Shown in pieces: positions 20,299-32,400 of a stretch of 64,000 nt of DNA (positions are counted from its first letter, which is position 1; each line of letters starts with the position of its first letter). The position numbers were made by a program, and so were the translations under genes. The stretch covers positions 3,840,001 to 3,904,000 of the forward strand of contig OY762463.1 in assembly GCA_963665815.1 (NCBI GenBank). The letters are read 5' to 3'. Under the pieces are notes generated by a model, which was not told the DNA's origin, did no database searches, and saw only the letters and a list, made by a program, of their open reading frames with translations. Origin of the DNA: Candidatus Cloacimonadales bacterium. GTDB lineage: Bacteria > Cloacimonadota > Cloacimonadia > Cloacimonadales > JAIOQZ01.

Positions 20299-21099
20299 TC
20301 ATTGTTTCAGGAAGAACAATGAAATGATATAATACAGAATCGGAGAAGCAAAAAGCAGACTATCGAATCTATCCAGAATTCCACCATGTCCGGGGATAAG
20401 GTTAGAGCTGTCTTTTACATCTGCATCTCTCTTTATAAGCGATTCAAATAAATCACCAATCTGTCCTGCTACACCTGCTGAAAAACCTATGGAAAGATAA
20501 ACGAACCAATGGACTTCCGGTGCAAAGAAAAGCTTGTAAAGAACGGGTGTAAGGAATGACATGATGAATCCGAATACAAAGCCTTCTACAGATTTTTTAG
20601 GGCTGACCTTTACTATTCCTCTGTGTTTTCCAAACAACATTCCACCAAGATAAGCGAATGTGTCGGTCGCCCAGATTGATAACAGGAACACAACCAGAAT
20701 GACTCTGCCATGCTGAAGTTCTCTTAAATGATACATGAAAGCAGGGCAGAATACAGTATATATTATAGCAAACAAGGTAGTACTGATTTCTACGATTGAA
20801 CCTTTTATGTGATTTTTGAAAATATTCCTTACTGCAGATACAATGATCGTCAGCAGAATAGGAATAAACCAGAATTTCTTATCTGCATAGAGATATAACA
20901 AAAGATAGGGGATATTAAGGACTGCCAGAAATAATGGCAACTCAATGTTAAACTTACTGAGAATTTTTCTCATTTCGTAAAATCCCACAATTGAGATTAC
21001 GAATATTGCGAATGAAAGTAAGTATCCGCCCTGATAAAACAGGAATGTCAATAGAGGAGCAAATATTGCTACTACCAGTGTTCTTTTAATAAAACTCAT
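20299..21099 (-). CDS. cdsA: phosphatidate cytidylyltransferase
   Basis: DTFAY..G, SPKKSVEG, GDLFESLIKRDADVKDS..IPGHGGILDRFDS. Confidence 0.97.
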   Translation of the reverse strand: MSFIKRTLVVAIFAPLLTFLFYQGGYLLSFAIFVISIVGFYEMRKILSKFNIELPLFLAVLNIPYLLLYLYADKKFWFIPILLTIIVSAVRNIFKNHIKGSIVEISTTLFAIIYTVFCPAFMYHLRELQHGRVILVVFLLSIWATDTFAYLGGMLFGKHRGIVKVSPKKSVEGFVFGFIMSFLTPVLYKLFFAPEVHWFVYLSIGFSAGVAGQIGDLFESLIKRDADVKDSSNLIPGHGGILDRFDSLLFASPILYYIISLFFLKQ

Positions 21100-21821
21100 T
21101 ATCTTGCTCCAAATCGTCTATGTCTGTTTTGAAAATCAAGTATTGCCTGATAATACTCTTCAGTGGAAAAATCAGGCCATAAGGTTTTGGTAAACCAGAA
21201 CTCTGAATAAGCTGATTGCCATAGCAGAAAGTTGGATATTCTCTGCTCTCCTGATGTTCTGAGGATAAGATCAGGATCCGGAATATTCGGTACATAAAGA
21301 TTCTGCTGAATTAGCTCTTCGTTCAGATCTTCCGGTTTTAAGCCGTGATTTGCTTTCATAGCCTTCTGAACTGCTTCTATAATCTCAAGTCTTCCGCCAT
21401 AATTAAATGCAATGTAAACATTGATCTTTTTACAATCTTTAGTCATATCGCAAAGAGAATTGACTTTGTCCTGAAATGATTGCTTCATGTTGGCAGTAGA
21501 TCCAATGAATCTGATTCTTACATCATTCTCTATCATCTGGTTTATATAGCTTTTCAATGCTGAAACAGCAAGCTTCAGCAGATATTGAACTTCAAACTTG
21601 GATCTTCTCCAGTTTTCAGTCGAAAATGTATACAGAGTCACATGTTTTACACCAATATCAGATGATGCTTCAATGATACGCTCAACAGTTTTTACTCCCT
21701 GCTGATGTCCCTGTAATCTGTTCTTTTTATTTAGCTTAGCCCATCTACCGTTACCATCCATGATGATGCCAACGTGTTCAGGTACATTATTCTTTGTTAT
21801 TTCGGTAATTAAGTTTTCCAT
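21099..21821 (-). CDS. uppS: undecaprenyl diphosphate synthase (isoprenyl transferase)
   Basis: HVGIIMDGNGRWA, FSTENWRR, NYGGR.EI, RTSGEQRISNFLLWQ, RRFG. Confidence 0.97.
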   Translation of the reverse strand: MENLITEITKNNVPEHVGIIMDGNGRWAKLNKKNRLQGHQQGVKTVERIIEASSDIGVKHVTLYTFSTENWRRSKFEVQYLLKLAVSALKSYINQMIENDVRIRFIGSTANMKQSFQDKVNSLCDMTKDCKKINVYIAFNYGGRLEIIEAVQKAMKANHGLKPEDLNEELIQQNLYVPNIPDPDLILRTSGEQRISNFLLWQSAYSEFWFTKTLWPDFSTEEYYQAILDFQNRHRRFGAR

Positions 21822-21823
21822 AG

Positions 21824-22940
21824 TTAGTGCTTTTTCCTGTTTCTCGCAGACATTTTTAAAAACTCCTGAATAAAACCATCCAGATTCCCGTCCATTACTC
21901 CGCTTGCATTACCAACTTCATGATTTGTTCTGTGGTCCTTAACCATCTGATATGGGTGGAAGACGTAAGATCTGATCTGGTTTCCCCAACCGATATCTGT
22001 TTTAGCATTTTCTGTTTTCTGACGCTCTTTTTCTCTGATTTCTTCAAAATGCTGGTTCAATCTTGATTTTAGCATTTTCATTGCTGTTGCTTTGTTCTTT
22101 AACTGAGAACGCTCATTCTGGCATTGAACAACAATGTTTGTTGGCATGTGCGTGATTCGCACTGCAGAGTCAGTTGTATTGACATGCTGTCCACCTGCTC
22201 CGGATGCTCTGTATGTATCTATCTTCAAATCTTTAGGATTAATCTCAATATCAATGTCATCGTCAACTTCGGGGTAACAGAAAACTGATGCAAAAGAAGT
22301 CTGCCTTTTACCTTGAGCATTAAATGGAGATATTCTTACCAGTCTGTGAACTCCGCTTTCTGCTTTAAGCAGTCCATATGCAAACTCGCCTTCAATTTCA
22401 ACAGTAACACTTTTTATGCCTGCTTCATCTCCCGGTAGATAATCCACAATTTGAAATGTAAATCCTTTCTGATCAGCCCAGCGTTTGTACATTCGGAAAA
22501 GCATTTCAGCCCAATCCTGAGATTCTGTACCTCCTGCTCCCGGGTGGAGAGTCAGGATTGCATTGTTGAGGTCATATTTTCCGCTAAGCAGAAAAGCAGT
22601 TTCTTTTTCGTTAATCTGTTTGATCATGTCTTCAATTTCAGATACAGCTTCATTGAATAACTCATCAGAGAATTCTTCGTCGAGAAGAATAAGATATGTT
22701 GTCAGATCTTCTTTCATCGTGTTGAGCTGTTCATCCTGCTCTATCTGTAATCTTAATGCTCCCAGTTTTTTGGTAATCTGTTGAGCTTTTGCCTGGTCAT
22801 TCCAGAAATCAGGTTGGAGTGATTGCTTCTCAAGATTTCCGAATTCTCCTTTTATCTTTTCGAGGTCAAAGATACCCCCTTATTTCGGATATCTGGTTTA
22901 TCGTATTTTCTGCAAGTCTTTGAAAATCATTTAATTCCAT
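21824..22940 (-). CDS. prfB: peptide chain release factor 2, translated via programmed +1 frameshift
   Basis: SPF and GGQ motifs; 5' ORF from ATG 22940 ends in AGGGGG-TAT-CTT-TGA-C; the ORF track (21824..22717) misses the N-terminus. Confidence 0.96.
22865..22880 (-). promoter_or_regulatory. prfB +1 ribosomal frameshift site
   Basis: Minus strand AGGGGGTATCTTTGAC: internal SD plus CTT-TGA-C slippery stop. Confidence 0.95.
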
Positions 22941-22949
22941 GTGTCACCT

Positions 22950-24110
22950 TTATAAGAATCTTCCCGGTAATATAAACTGCTTTAGCTCTTCATTAAAGTA
23001 TCTGTCTGTCATTGTAGCAATAAAGTCACGTACTTTTTCTGCGGGAAGATAATCATTCAGATACTTTTCGCATTTATGATTGAGGAAATGCTTGTAAATT
23101 TTAGATTCAGTGTTTCCTGATTCTATATCGTTGAGATATTTTTCAAACATTATATCCATTCCCCTGTAAATCCGTTCATTGGCGGATTTCACATGAGGAG
23201 CAGTGTATATCATTTTATAATTGAATGTTTTAAGCTCTTTAAGCATGAAGGATGTGTCTTCGTCAAAAGCAATGTATGGTTTTTCATAGCTTTCTGTTAT
23301 AACACTTTTTACGAGAGTATTGATGATTTGTCCGTTTCTGCTGCCAAGATAATCTCTGCAATCGCGAGGAATATCTTCTATATTCAGGATGTTATAACGA
23401 ACAGCATCTTCAATATCCTGACCGATGTAGGCTATTGTGTCGGATATTCTGACAACGCATCCTTCCATTGTTGCTGGCATCCAGAGACAGGTTTTAGCCT
23501 GTTTCTTCTGATTGATGTAATGCTGAATTCCTTCCTCTGTTTTGTCCCAGTCCGGTTCGAGTCTTGTATTATGAACCTCACCGTCATGAGAAATTATTCC
23601 GTCTCTAACCTGAAATGTCAGATTCAGCCCATGTCCTTTCTTTGATATGTTATCTACAATATGCAGACTTTCTATGTTATGATGGAATGATCCGATATTG
23701 TGTTTTCGGCAGTTTCTGCTTAGTGCTACCTCTCCATCATGACCAAAAGGAGTGTGCCCAAGATCATGTCCCAGGCTGATTGCTTCGATCAGCTCAAGAT
23801 TCAATCCCAATACTTTACCGATTGTTCTGGAAATCTGTGAAACATATGTAGTATGCAGAGATCTGTTTGTCATTTCTTCATCAAAAAGATTTGTGAAGGA
23901 AAAAACCTGTGTTTTGCCCTGATAACGTCTATATGCTCCACTATAAAGGATTCTGTCTCTGTCCAGAGCAAATGCTGTTCTGAAGTGCTTTTTGTCTTCA
24001 TCTTTCAGTCTGTGAGCTTTTGTATCCGTACAGGCGTATTCACTCAGGTTCTGCTGAGTTTTATTTTTCAGATCTTTCTTTATGATCTTTAATTTTTCTT
24101 CGTTTATCAT
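22950..24110 (-). CDS. dgt: deoxyguanosinetriphosphate triphosphohydrolase-like HD protein
   Basis: DRDRILYS..RR..KTQV, R..H, GHDLGHTPFGH.GE, D.IAY..DIEDA, DFIATMTDRY. Confidence 0.88.
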   Translation of the reverse strand: MINEEKLKIIKKDLKNKTQQNLSEYACTDTKAHRLKDEDKKHFRTAFALDRDRILYSGAYRRYQGKTQVFSFTNLFDEEMTNRSLHTTYVSQISRTIGKVLGLNLELIEAISLGHDLGHTPFGHDGEVALSRNCRKHNIGSFHHNIESLHIVDNISKKGHGLNLTFQVRDGIISHDGEVHNTRLEPDWDKTEEGIQHYINQKKQAKTCLWMPATMEGCVVRISDTIAYIGQDIEDAVRYNILNIEDIPRDCRDYLGSRNGQIINTLVKSVITESYEKPYIAFDEDTSFMLKELKTFNYKMIYTAPHVKSANERIYRGMDIMFEKYLNDIESGNTESKIYKHFLNHKCEKYLNDYLPAEKVRDFIATMTDRYFNEELKQFILPGRFL

Positions 24111-24124
24111 TTTATGCGTCCTGT

Positions 24125-24733
24125 TTACAAGACTTTCTTAAACCACATAAATATTGGAGGAAAGCCTTCTTTTTCTTTAACTTTCTCGAAGAAAGTAATT
24201 ACTCTGTCTTCCTGGAGTTCCTCTTTGTGACATTCAAAATCTTTATGGCGTGAAAACTCTTTCATCATCCATTCCGAATATCCTGTATGGTCGGTAGAAA
24301 TCTGCACGATTCCGTCTTTCTGCAGCAGGCTGGAAAGTGCATCCAGAAAATTCTGCTGGATAAGTCTGTTTTTATGGTGCCTGCGTTTCGGCCATGGATC
24401 CGGGTGAATAATGTAGATTCTTTCGAATATATTTGCTGATATAAAGTTTGTTATTGATTTGTCAACATATTCACTTACAATTCTTACATTATTGTTGTCT
24501 ATATGGTTAATTTTCTTCATGATGCTGTTAACTCTTCTCCATCTTGGCTCAATGCCGAGAAAGTTAACATTGGGGTTTTTAAGGGATTTTTCTACAAGGA
24601 AATCCCCATGACCGCAACCTATCTCCATATGGAGAGGATTGTCGTTTCCAAATATTTCTTTAAAATCGATAATTTTGTTTTCGGCAAACTCAATTACGAA
24701 GTGTTCTTTTTTTTCTTCTACTGTCCAATTCAT
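24125..24733 (-). CDS. trmB: tRNA (guanine-N7)-methyltransferase
   Basis: EIGCGHG, FLGIE, PDPWPKRRHHKNRL, STD, T.FE. Confidence 0.95.
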   Translation of the reverse strand: MNWTVEEKKEHFVIEFAENKIIDFKEIFGNDNPLHMEIGCGHGDFLVEKSLKNPNVNFLGIEPRWRRVNSIMKKINHIDNNNVRIVSEYVDKSITNFISANIFERIYIIHPDPWPKRRHHKNRLIQQNFLDALSSLLQKDGIVQISTDHTGYSEWMMKEFSRHKDFECHKEELQEDRVITFFEKVKEKEGFPPIFMWFKKVL

Positions 24734-24852
24734 AATGAACAAATCTGAATAGCAAGTAAAGTTGTCAATAGAAAGTCTTTGAAAAGCTGTTTATAAAAAG
24801 AAGGCTAACAGTTTTTTATAGAGTCATACATTGATCTGAGACAGAGTTTATC

Positions 24853-25638
24853 TTACAGGCCGTACATTCTCATGAATAATCCGGTCATTCCCTGTGCGAC
24901 TGAATTTTCGATAATGAAATAGACAAATGCTGCTAAAGCAAGGAAAGGGCCGAATGGAATAAACGATGAGCGTTTAATTCTCATTGCAAGAATATAAATG
25001 AGTGCTATAATAGCTGAAATGAAAAGAATATAGAAGACTCCGGGACTACCAAAGAAAGCCCCTATTGCAGTCAGATATTTTACATCGCCACCGCCTAATC
25101 CTTCCATTTTCTTTAGTTTTGCATAGATGAATCCTATTCCAAAGAATAGAATGAATGCTATTCCAGCTCCCATGAGTGATGATTTCCATGTAATGTCTGA
25201 CATTGGGAAAAATGCAAGAATAATACCAATAATGATTAGAGGGATGTCAATGGAATCAGGAATGATCATGTGAAAAAAATCTATGAATATTATTATTATA
25301 GCTGTCGCAAAGAACAGCAGATATTTAAAATATATCAGGTTGAATCTGTTACCGAGAAATGCAAACAGAAAAACGAATAATGCACCTGTGAGTATTTCCA
25401 CAAAAAGATAGTGCCAGTGAATCTTAGTTCCGCAGTCCCGACATTTTCCTTTCAGAAAAATGTAGCTGAAAACAGGGATGTTATTGTATGGGGTAATCTT
25501 CTTTTTACAGACAGGGCAGTGAGAAGATGGGAAAACGATTGATTCGTTTTTGGGGATTCGACAGATGCATACATTAAAAAAACTGCCAAAGCAGCTTCCA
25601 ATGAAAAATAAAAATAAATAAATGATTAATAATTCCAA
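24853..25638 (-). CDS. pilD: prepilin peptidase (A24 family)
   Basis: GSFFNVCI.R.P, SHCP.C, NIPVFSY..LKGKCR.C, ID, GGGDVK, IPFGPFL. Confidence 0.93.
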   Translation of the reverse strand: MELLIIYLFLFFIGSCFGSFFNVCICRIPKNESIVFPSSHCPVCKKKITPYNNIPVFSYIFLKGKCRDCGTKIHWHYLFVEILTGALFVFLFAFLGNRFNLIYFKYLLFFATAIIIIFIDFFHMIIPDSIDIPLIIIGIILAFFPMSDITWKSSLMGAGIAFILFFGIGFIYAKLKKMEGLGGGDVKYLTAIGAFFGSPGVFYILFISAIIALIYILAMRIKRSSFIPFGPFLALAAFVYFIIENSVAQGMTGLFMRMYGL

Positions 25639-25641
25639 AGT

Positions 25642-26094
25642 TTACCTGTAAAATAAGTTATTTCTGTAGCTGTAAGGGCTGTATGGATTGTATTGTCTAT
25701 ACTCAAACTTGATTGTGGAATTCTCTGTAGGTTTATAAATAAGCTGGAACTCCGGAAACACTTTTGTGTTGTTATCCTCATTTGAGTCAAATTCTAATCC
25801 TTTTTTCAAGTAACCTGTACCGAAATTAGAAAAATGCAGGTTAAGATTCAGCTTCAGATTGGATCGGAAATTATATTCTATATGATTAGTATATGTCGTG
25901 TTATAAGTAGAAAAAGAGCTTGAGCTGTAGCTTGAGGAGAAAGACATACTGTGGCTCATCTTCATATTCTTGGGGTTGATTATTCCTGTGTCGAATAATG
26001 ATGGAAATTTGTAATGAGGATTAATACCCGGAACCTGAGCAAGACAGGTAAAGGAAACGATCGCAAATAAGATAACTAATGCTGATTTCTTCAT
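25642..26094 (-). CDS. hypothetical secreted protein
   Basis: GGAG RBS before ATG 26094; signal peptide MKKSALVILF..LA. Confidence 0.7.
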   Translation of the reverse strand: MKKSALVILFAIVSFTCLAQVPGINPHYKFPSLFDTGIINPKNMKMSHSMSFSSSYSSSSFSTYNTTYTNHIEYNFRSNLKLNLNLHFSNFGTGYLKKGLEFDSNEDNNTKVFPEFQLIYKPTENSTIKFEYRQYNPYSPYSYRNNLFYR

Positions 26095-26387
26095 TATAAA
26101 CTCCTCTAAATTTTGTTTCATATTATGAACAACGCCAAATAGTGTCAATAATTACTTAAAAAATATAATTTAACAACAAAAATATGTTCATTAAAAACAA
26201 ATAAGAAAAAATTTGACGTATTTTTTAACCTGAAATTATTGTAATGATTGTAAAAAAATATGTATTTCTGTTACAAAACCAGAGAATTTTGGTTATACTA
26301 TATATATAATATATACTGTTTAATGATGTATATATTTGATGATGTTAAAAATGGTTACAGATAAATAAAAAAATCGGAGGTCTTTCG

Positions 26388-28985
26388 ATGAAGAAAGGTA
26401 TTCTTTTGGTAGTCATCCTGATGATGATGACTTTCCTTATGGCGGACGACATTATTTACAGGACTCTGCCGAACGGTATGAAAGTTGCCGTAAAGAAGAA
26501 CGACAGTAACAATTCTGTCGGACTTTATTGTTTTGTTAAAACAGGCTCAGTTAATGAAGGTGAATACCTCAGTGCAGGTATATCTCATTACCTTGAGCAT
26601 ATTGTTTCAGGTGGATCTACAGAGTTTCATACAGAAGCTGAATTTAGTGAAATGGGTAGAGAAATGGGAGCTATTGTTAATGCTTTCACTACTTATGACA
26701 TGACTGCTTTTCATGTTACTGTAGACAAGATTTATGCAGACAAAGCTCTCAGCATTCTTGCAGAGCAGATGCAGTACAATCGTTGTGACACAGTAGAGAC
26801 TAACAGAGAGAAGAAAGTAATTCTCAAAGAAATCGTTATGCGTTCATCTCCTGCTCAATCTCAGGCTTTTCAGGCATATAGAGAATTTCTTTATCCAAAT
26901 TCAAATGACAGATTTCCTGTAATCGGTTATGTTGAAACTTATAGCAGAATTACAAGAGACGGACTTTATGATTACTACAAAAAACGTTATGCACCTAATA
27001 ACATGATTTTTGTATGTGTTGGAAATATTGATCCTGAAGAAATGTATGGTAAGATCGAAAAAGCTTTTGAGCAATTCCCAAGAAGAGTAATGGATCCAGT
27101 ATATCTTCCTGCAGAATCTCCAATAAGCGGAAGTCATGAAAGAGCTCAGGAATTTGGAATCAAATCACCAATGGTTTTCATGTCTACTATACTTTCACCT
27201 GCTGATTACGTAGATGAAGTAGCACTTGATGCCGGTATGACAGCTCTTTTCAATAAAAGAAAAGCTCCACTTCGTTACAAATTAGTCGAAGAACTTAAGC
27301 TTGTAAACTATGTATATGGTTATACAGATATTAATCCGGCTTCACCTCACAGTACAGTGAATATTGGTTTTGAAGCAAAAAATCCTGAAGATGTTAAAAA
27401 GATCGTAAGAATCATTGATGAAGAGATTGCTGAATTTGTCAAAAAAGGTTTTAAGCAAAATCAGATTGACAATATGATTCAAAGATATACAGCTTACAAT
27501 GAACTTTCTACTCCAGATGTAGATGCAGAATGTACATCAATCGGTAGATCGATTGTAAGAAACGATATCCCTGATACTTATGATACATTTATGGCTCAGT
27601 TAAAGAAACTTACACCGGAAGATATTAAAGCTGCTTTTACAAGACATATTCTTCCTCAGAACAGAAAGATATTCTATGCAATGCCAATGGGTACAAAAAG
27701 CATTCTTGAATCTGCAGAGAAAAAAGAAGTTGTAAAAACTGACATAGAAAAAATTAATGTGAAAAAGAATATCACTCTGATTCATAAGAAAAATACAGAA
27801 AAACCTTTAGTATATGGTGAAATTTTCCTTCCTATCAACTCTAACTATGGTGATGAAGAACACTTTGGTGAAATTGATTTCATGGTTGACCTTATGCTTT
27901 CAGGTTCAAAGAAGTATGATTCTATGGATCTTACTGAATGGATGGAAGATCATGTTGTAGATTTATCTATGAGTGCCGGATTCCTTGGAACGTTTATTGA
28001 ATTCAAATGTCTTAAATCTGATTTTGAAGAAGTTCAGAATGTACTTATAGATGCTATTAATAATCCAAAGTTTCCAGAAAAAGAGATTCAGCTTTTAAAA
28101 GATTCACGACGAGCTAACTTACTCAGAAATCAGGCAAAAGCAGAAACTTTCCATGATGAATTCAGAAGCAGTGTTCTTTATCCTGATTCTCCTCATGGCT
28201 TGACCGGAGAAGAAAGATATGAAATAGTAAATGCTCTCTCAAGAGATGATCTATTCAAACTTCATGAAAAATACATCAAAGCAGATAGAATGGTTATGTC
28301 TATCTTCGGTGATATTGAAAAAGATGAAGCTGAAGATATTGCAAAGAGCATTTACAAAGAAATTCCTCACGGAACAATTGATGATAAGCTTTATTCAATC
28401 ACAATCCCGGATCTTAACGGACTTTATGAAAACGAATATGAATTCGAACAAGTTAACGTTAATGTAAACTGTAAAGCTCCAAACAAACATGATGATGATT
28501 TCTATGCATTCCAGGTTATCGAAACTATCCTCAACGGTTCAAGAGGTAGACTCCATGTTGAAACCAGAGGTGTTAGAGACCTTGCTTACTTTGCATATGC
28601 AAGTTATTCATATATGTATGATGAAGGGTGGTTAAGACTTACATCACAAACATCTTATGATAAAAAAGATGAACTGATTAAAGTAATGAAAGACCAACTT
28701 ATAAAACTCAAAACAGAAAAAGTATCTCAGGAAGAACTTAAGGCTGCAGTAGAAGAAAAAGAAAAGATGCTCAATGCAATGCTTACCGAAAATAGCATGG
28801 CCAGCATCTCAGTTTCTTACGAAGCTTTCGGAATGGGATATGACTTCCTTCATAAAAACATCCAGGAACTGAAAAAAATAACACCTGAAGATATTCAGCG
28901 CGTTGCTAAAAAATACTTCAATAACCTTGCAGTATTCTCCTCATTCCCTGATGAAGATACACGTGAAGATATAATGGTTAAATAA
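26388..28985 (+). CDS. M16 family zinc peptidase (insulinase/pitrilysin-like)
   Basis: Signal peptide; LPNGMKV; inverted zinc motif HYLEH; NAFT; Y.PNNM; duplicated C-terminal half. Confidence 0.93.
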   Translation: MKKGILLVVILMMMTFLMADDIIYRTLPNGMKVAVKKNDSNNSVGLYCFVKTGSVNEGEYLSAGISHYLEHIVSGGSTEFHTEAEFSEMGREMGAIVNAFTTYDMTAFHVTVDKIYADKALSILAEQMQYNRCDTVETNREKKVILKEIVMRSSPAQSQAFQAYREFLYPNSNDRFPVIGYVETYSRITRDGLYDYYKKRYAPNNMIFVCVGNIDPEEMYGKIEKAFEQFPRRVMDPVYLPAESPISGSHERAQEFGIKSPMVFMSTILSPADYVDEVALDAGMTALFNKRKAPLRYKLVEELKLVNYVYGYTDINPASPHSTVNIGFEAKNPEDVKKIVRIIDEEIAEFVKKGFKQNQIDNMIQRYTAYNELSTPDVDAECTSIGRSIVRNDIPDTYDTFMAQLKKLTPEDIKAAFTRHILPQNRKIFYAMPMGTKSILESAEKKEVVKTDIEKINVKKNITLIHKKNTEKPLVYGEIFLPINSNYGDEEHFGEIDFMVDLMLSGSKKYDSMDLTEWMEDHVVDLSMSAGFLGTFIEFKCLKSDFEEVQNVLIDAINNPKFPEKEIQLLKDSRRANLLRNQAKAETFHDEFRSSVLYPDSPHGLTGEERYEIVNALSRDDLFKLHEKYIKADRMVMSIFGDIEKDEAEDIAKSIYKEIPHGTIDDKLYSITIPDLNGLYENEYEFEQVNVNVNCKAPNKHDDDFYAFQVIETILNGSRGRLHVETRGVRDLAYFAYASYSYMYDEGWLRLTSQTSYDKKDELIKVMKDQLIKLKTEKVSQEELKAAVEEKEKMLNAMLTENSMASISVSYEAFGMGYDFLHKNIQELKKITPEDIQRVAKKYFNNLAVFSSFPDEDTREDIMVK

Positions 28986-29006
28986 TAATCGTTACAAATA
29001 TATAAA

Positions 29007-29038
29007 GCAGGCTGTCAGTTTTGACCGCCTGTTTTTTT
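29007..29038 (+). terminator. intrinsic terminator
   Basis: GCAGGC.GTCA..TGAC.GCCTGT stem followed by a T run. Confidence 0.75.
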
Positions 29039-29234
29039 ATCCCTCCAAATGGACATAGCCCTTTGGCAATGGTGTGACAAACTGCAGTTACCACTTTACG
29101 ACGCTTAACGTCGCTAAATTTCCCTCTTCATTGTTATCAGAATTCAAGTTGTTTCTGGAGTTATTTCTTTCAGAAAAACTCTACGTGAGTGCAAATTCAT
29201 TTCGGATGAGACATGAATTGGAATGTGTAAATTG

Positions 29235-29412
29235 ATGGGTACAAAATAGATTGAATATGATAAATAGTATTGTTTTGGCGTTAAATAGACGTTGCATGCA
29301 ACGCGTAGTGCTATTACAATATTAAATTGGAATACACCTGAACTATACTCTACATATCAGTTACATACTCAGCAATCCTGCCGGACGCGTAGAGACAACC
29401 GGACGGTTGTCT
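29235..29412 (+). repeat. direct repeat A flanking the Roco gene, with REP-like palindromes
   Basis: About 15 differences over ~178 bp versus 32884-33062 (manual count); contains GACGTTGCATGCAACG and GTAG-AGACAACCG-GA-CGGTTGTCT. Confidence 0.9.
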
Positions 29413-29459
29413 TATGAAATCAACCTCTACTAAATATAAAGAGTAAAACGGCGTTTAAT

Positions 29460-32400
29460 TTATTGGTTTTTCTTCTCCGGGGCTATTCGCTCTCTTATTG
29501 CATCAATTAATTGCAGCCAGGCTTCATCTTTATCATCCCATTTAATCAGAGGAACTAATCTACCTTCTGTCTTTTTCAAAGGCTGCATCTGGTATTGACC
29601 AACTTTATACTTGTTCTTTTCATTCAGGTCTTCATCTATGATTGTCCAGTTCTTCCAATCGCAGGTTCTCAGCAAAAACGGGAATATATATCCTTTTCTT
29701 TTCTTTACTTTTCTCAAGGCAATAGGCATTTCCACTTCATGTACATAACTGGAACTGATGAAACTCTGACTGAGAAGCATAATAACAATATCTGCTTCCT
29801 CCAGATTATGCCTAATAACCTCGTCCCAAAGTTCTCCTGGCTTAATCAAACCGTCATTCCATTCCTGCACGAGTCCGTCTCGTTTCAGGTTAACAAGAAA
29901 CTTATTCAGTTCCTTTCTCTCGCTCATATTGTCATGTGAGTAGCTTATAAATAGTTTCTTCATTTTTCCTCTCAAGTCTTCCGGTAAATACTCGTTAAAA
30001 TCATAAATCGAAAGCTGTTTTTTGCTTCCTTTATCATTTACGGATGTAATAATTTTACATTCATCCTTTGCTGCATGGACAAGGTCTCTGTATTGCACAA
30101 AGTACTCTCCATCATTTGATATTGATATGTTTATTTTATCCGAGTACCAGCCTCTCTGTGCTTTTTTCGCATGATACAGCGCTCCCCCCAATAATTCCAT
30201 TATTTTAGGCTTACCCATACCTAATGCTTTTCCAATTTTATTGTCCTCATAACTTCTTTCTACAAATTGTTTCGGATCAATTATACTTACAATATTATCT
30301 ATAATTGATTTCCTGAGATTAGAATTATCTGAGGAAAAACTATCGTACAGCTTTAATCTCAGCTTAGGTCTTTCGTATTCAATCAGGATCATTTCCTTGT
30401 CATCTTCTATTACAAGTCCGTTCTGCCAGAAGAGGTGAGAAGTATCGCTTCCCTGAATGTCCTTGCCATATATACTGAACAGCTCCAGCAGGATTTCATT
30501 CATCAGATAATGGTCGGACTCTATTCTGATGCGGGATGACCTGAAATTATGCTTCTTCATCATCTTAAGCCAGGCAGGTTCCACTGCAGGCAGATATTGC
30601 GGTGCATAGAAATGACCATCATGTGATTTGAAGATCAATTTGAAGGACAGAAGCAGGTTTGTAATTTCTTCTTCAGTTAAACCCAGTTTATTCTTTTGGG
30701 CAGCATCCGAAATTTCATCTGTTATCCTTCCGTCATTGTTATTAAGATCTTCAGTCAATACCTGCTTGTAAAGAATATCGAGTAATGTTTGAGGTTTCAG
30801 GAAAATTTTACCAGGAGCAGCATCTGCGAAATACATTATGGATCCGGCTCTGTTCAGTGTCTTTAGTTTCTCATTATCATTTTCACCGGTAAGATTATAG
30901 TATTTTTCCAGTGTTATGGAGCTGACTTCTGTTCCCTTCTCAACAAGTTTATCTCTGATATCTATATATTTATATGGCCAGATTCGTTTACCGGATAAAT
31001 ACTCTATTCTTTCCCGGATCAGCTCAAAAAGACCTTTCAGTCTTTTTCGTTTCAGTAAACTGACTGAACAATAATTGATTATGAACTTGCATTTATTGTC
31101 TTCGCAGTTATTGTAGGGAGAATAAATATTAAATTTCTCCTGAATACTGTAACGGGGAAGATGCGAAACAAAATCAGATATATCATTATTGCCAATATCT
31201 ATTTTATTTTCCACCAGTATTGTTTCTATTACCCCTGATTTCCCGCTTAACTGCTCGCAGCAGCGCAGCCAATAGTCCAGATCATACAATTCATCTTTAG
31301 TTTTCTTATCAGAAAGCTTTTCTCTCGTTTCTTTATCGTTAGACCAGAGTAGTATATGTAAAGCATCAGCACTGAAGAACAGTTTATGGGTTGCATGAAA
31401 ATAATCCTGTCCACCGAAATCCCAGACATGGCATTTTACATAGTTGTTCATGTATTCTACAGGTAAAAACTGGTATTCAACACCGTGAGTTGAATCTCCA
31501 GAAATGTACTCTATTGTGTCATTACCTTTTCCAACTTCTTGTAACCATATGTGAAGAAGATTTGATTTGCCGACATTGGTGTTACCAATAAGTAAGACTT
31601 TTAACTCATTAAGAGAAAATTTTTCTTTCTTATTGGAAATCTCCTTACAATAACTTACAATTTCCTGAGCACTGGCATTTAAGATTTCTTCAGGGATATC
31701 CAGAGGATTATCAGTAATTTTTAAATACTCTAGTTTTTCCAATTGTGCCAATGGAGTAATATCTTTGATTTGATTACTCCATAAGTTAAGCCCAGTCAGA
31801 TTCACCAGTTTTTCAAGAGGTGTAATAATTTTGATTTGATTGCTGTATAAATACAGCTCAGTCAGATTCACCAGTTTTTCAAGAGGAGTAATATCTTTGA
31901 TTTGATTGCTGTGTAAATTCAGCACTTTCAGATTCACATGCTTTCCAAGAGGAGTAATATTGGATATTTGATTACCATCTAAGTCCAGAGCTGTCAGGTT
32001 AACCAGCTTTTCAAGAGGAGTAATATCAGAGATTTTATTTTCCCGTAAACTAAGCTCTGTCAGATTCACCAGCTTTTCAAGAGGAGTAATATCCGAGATT
32101 TGATTACTCCATAATCTAAGCTTTGTCAGATTCACCAGCTTTTCCAATGGAGTAATATCTTCGATTTGATTCCATGAAAGATTTAATTCAGTCAGATTCA
32201 CCAGCTTTTCAAGAGGAGTAATATCCGAGATTTTATTACCACCTAAGTTAAGCATTGTCAGATTCACCAGCTTTTCCAATGGAGTAATATCTTCGATTTG
32301 ATTCCATGAAAGATTTAATTCAGTCAGATTCACCAGCTTTTCAAGAGGAGTAATATCCGAGATTTGATTAAAGCTTAAGTTAAGCTCAGTTAGATTCACC

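Noticed and set aside
21824..22717. Truncated or pseudogene prfB
   Set aside because: Explained by the canonical programmed frameshift; the true start is 22940.
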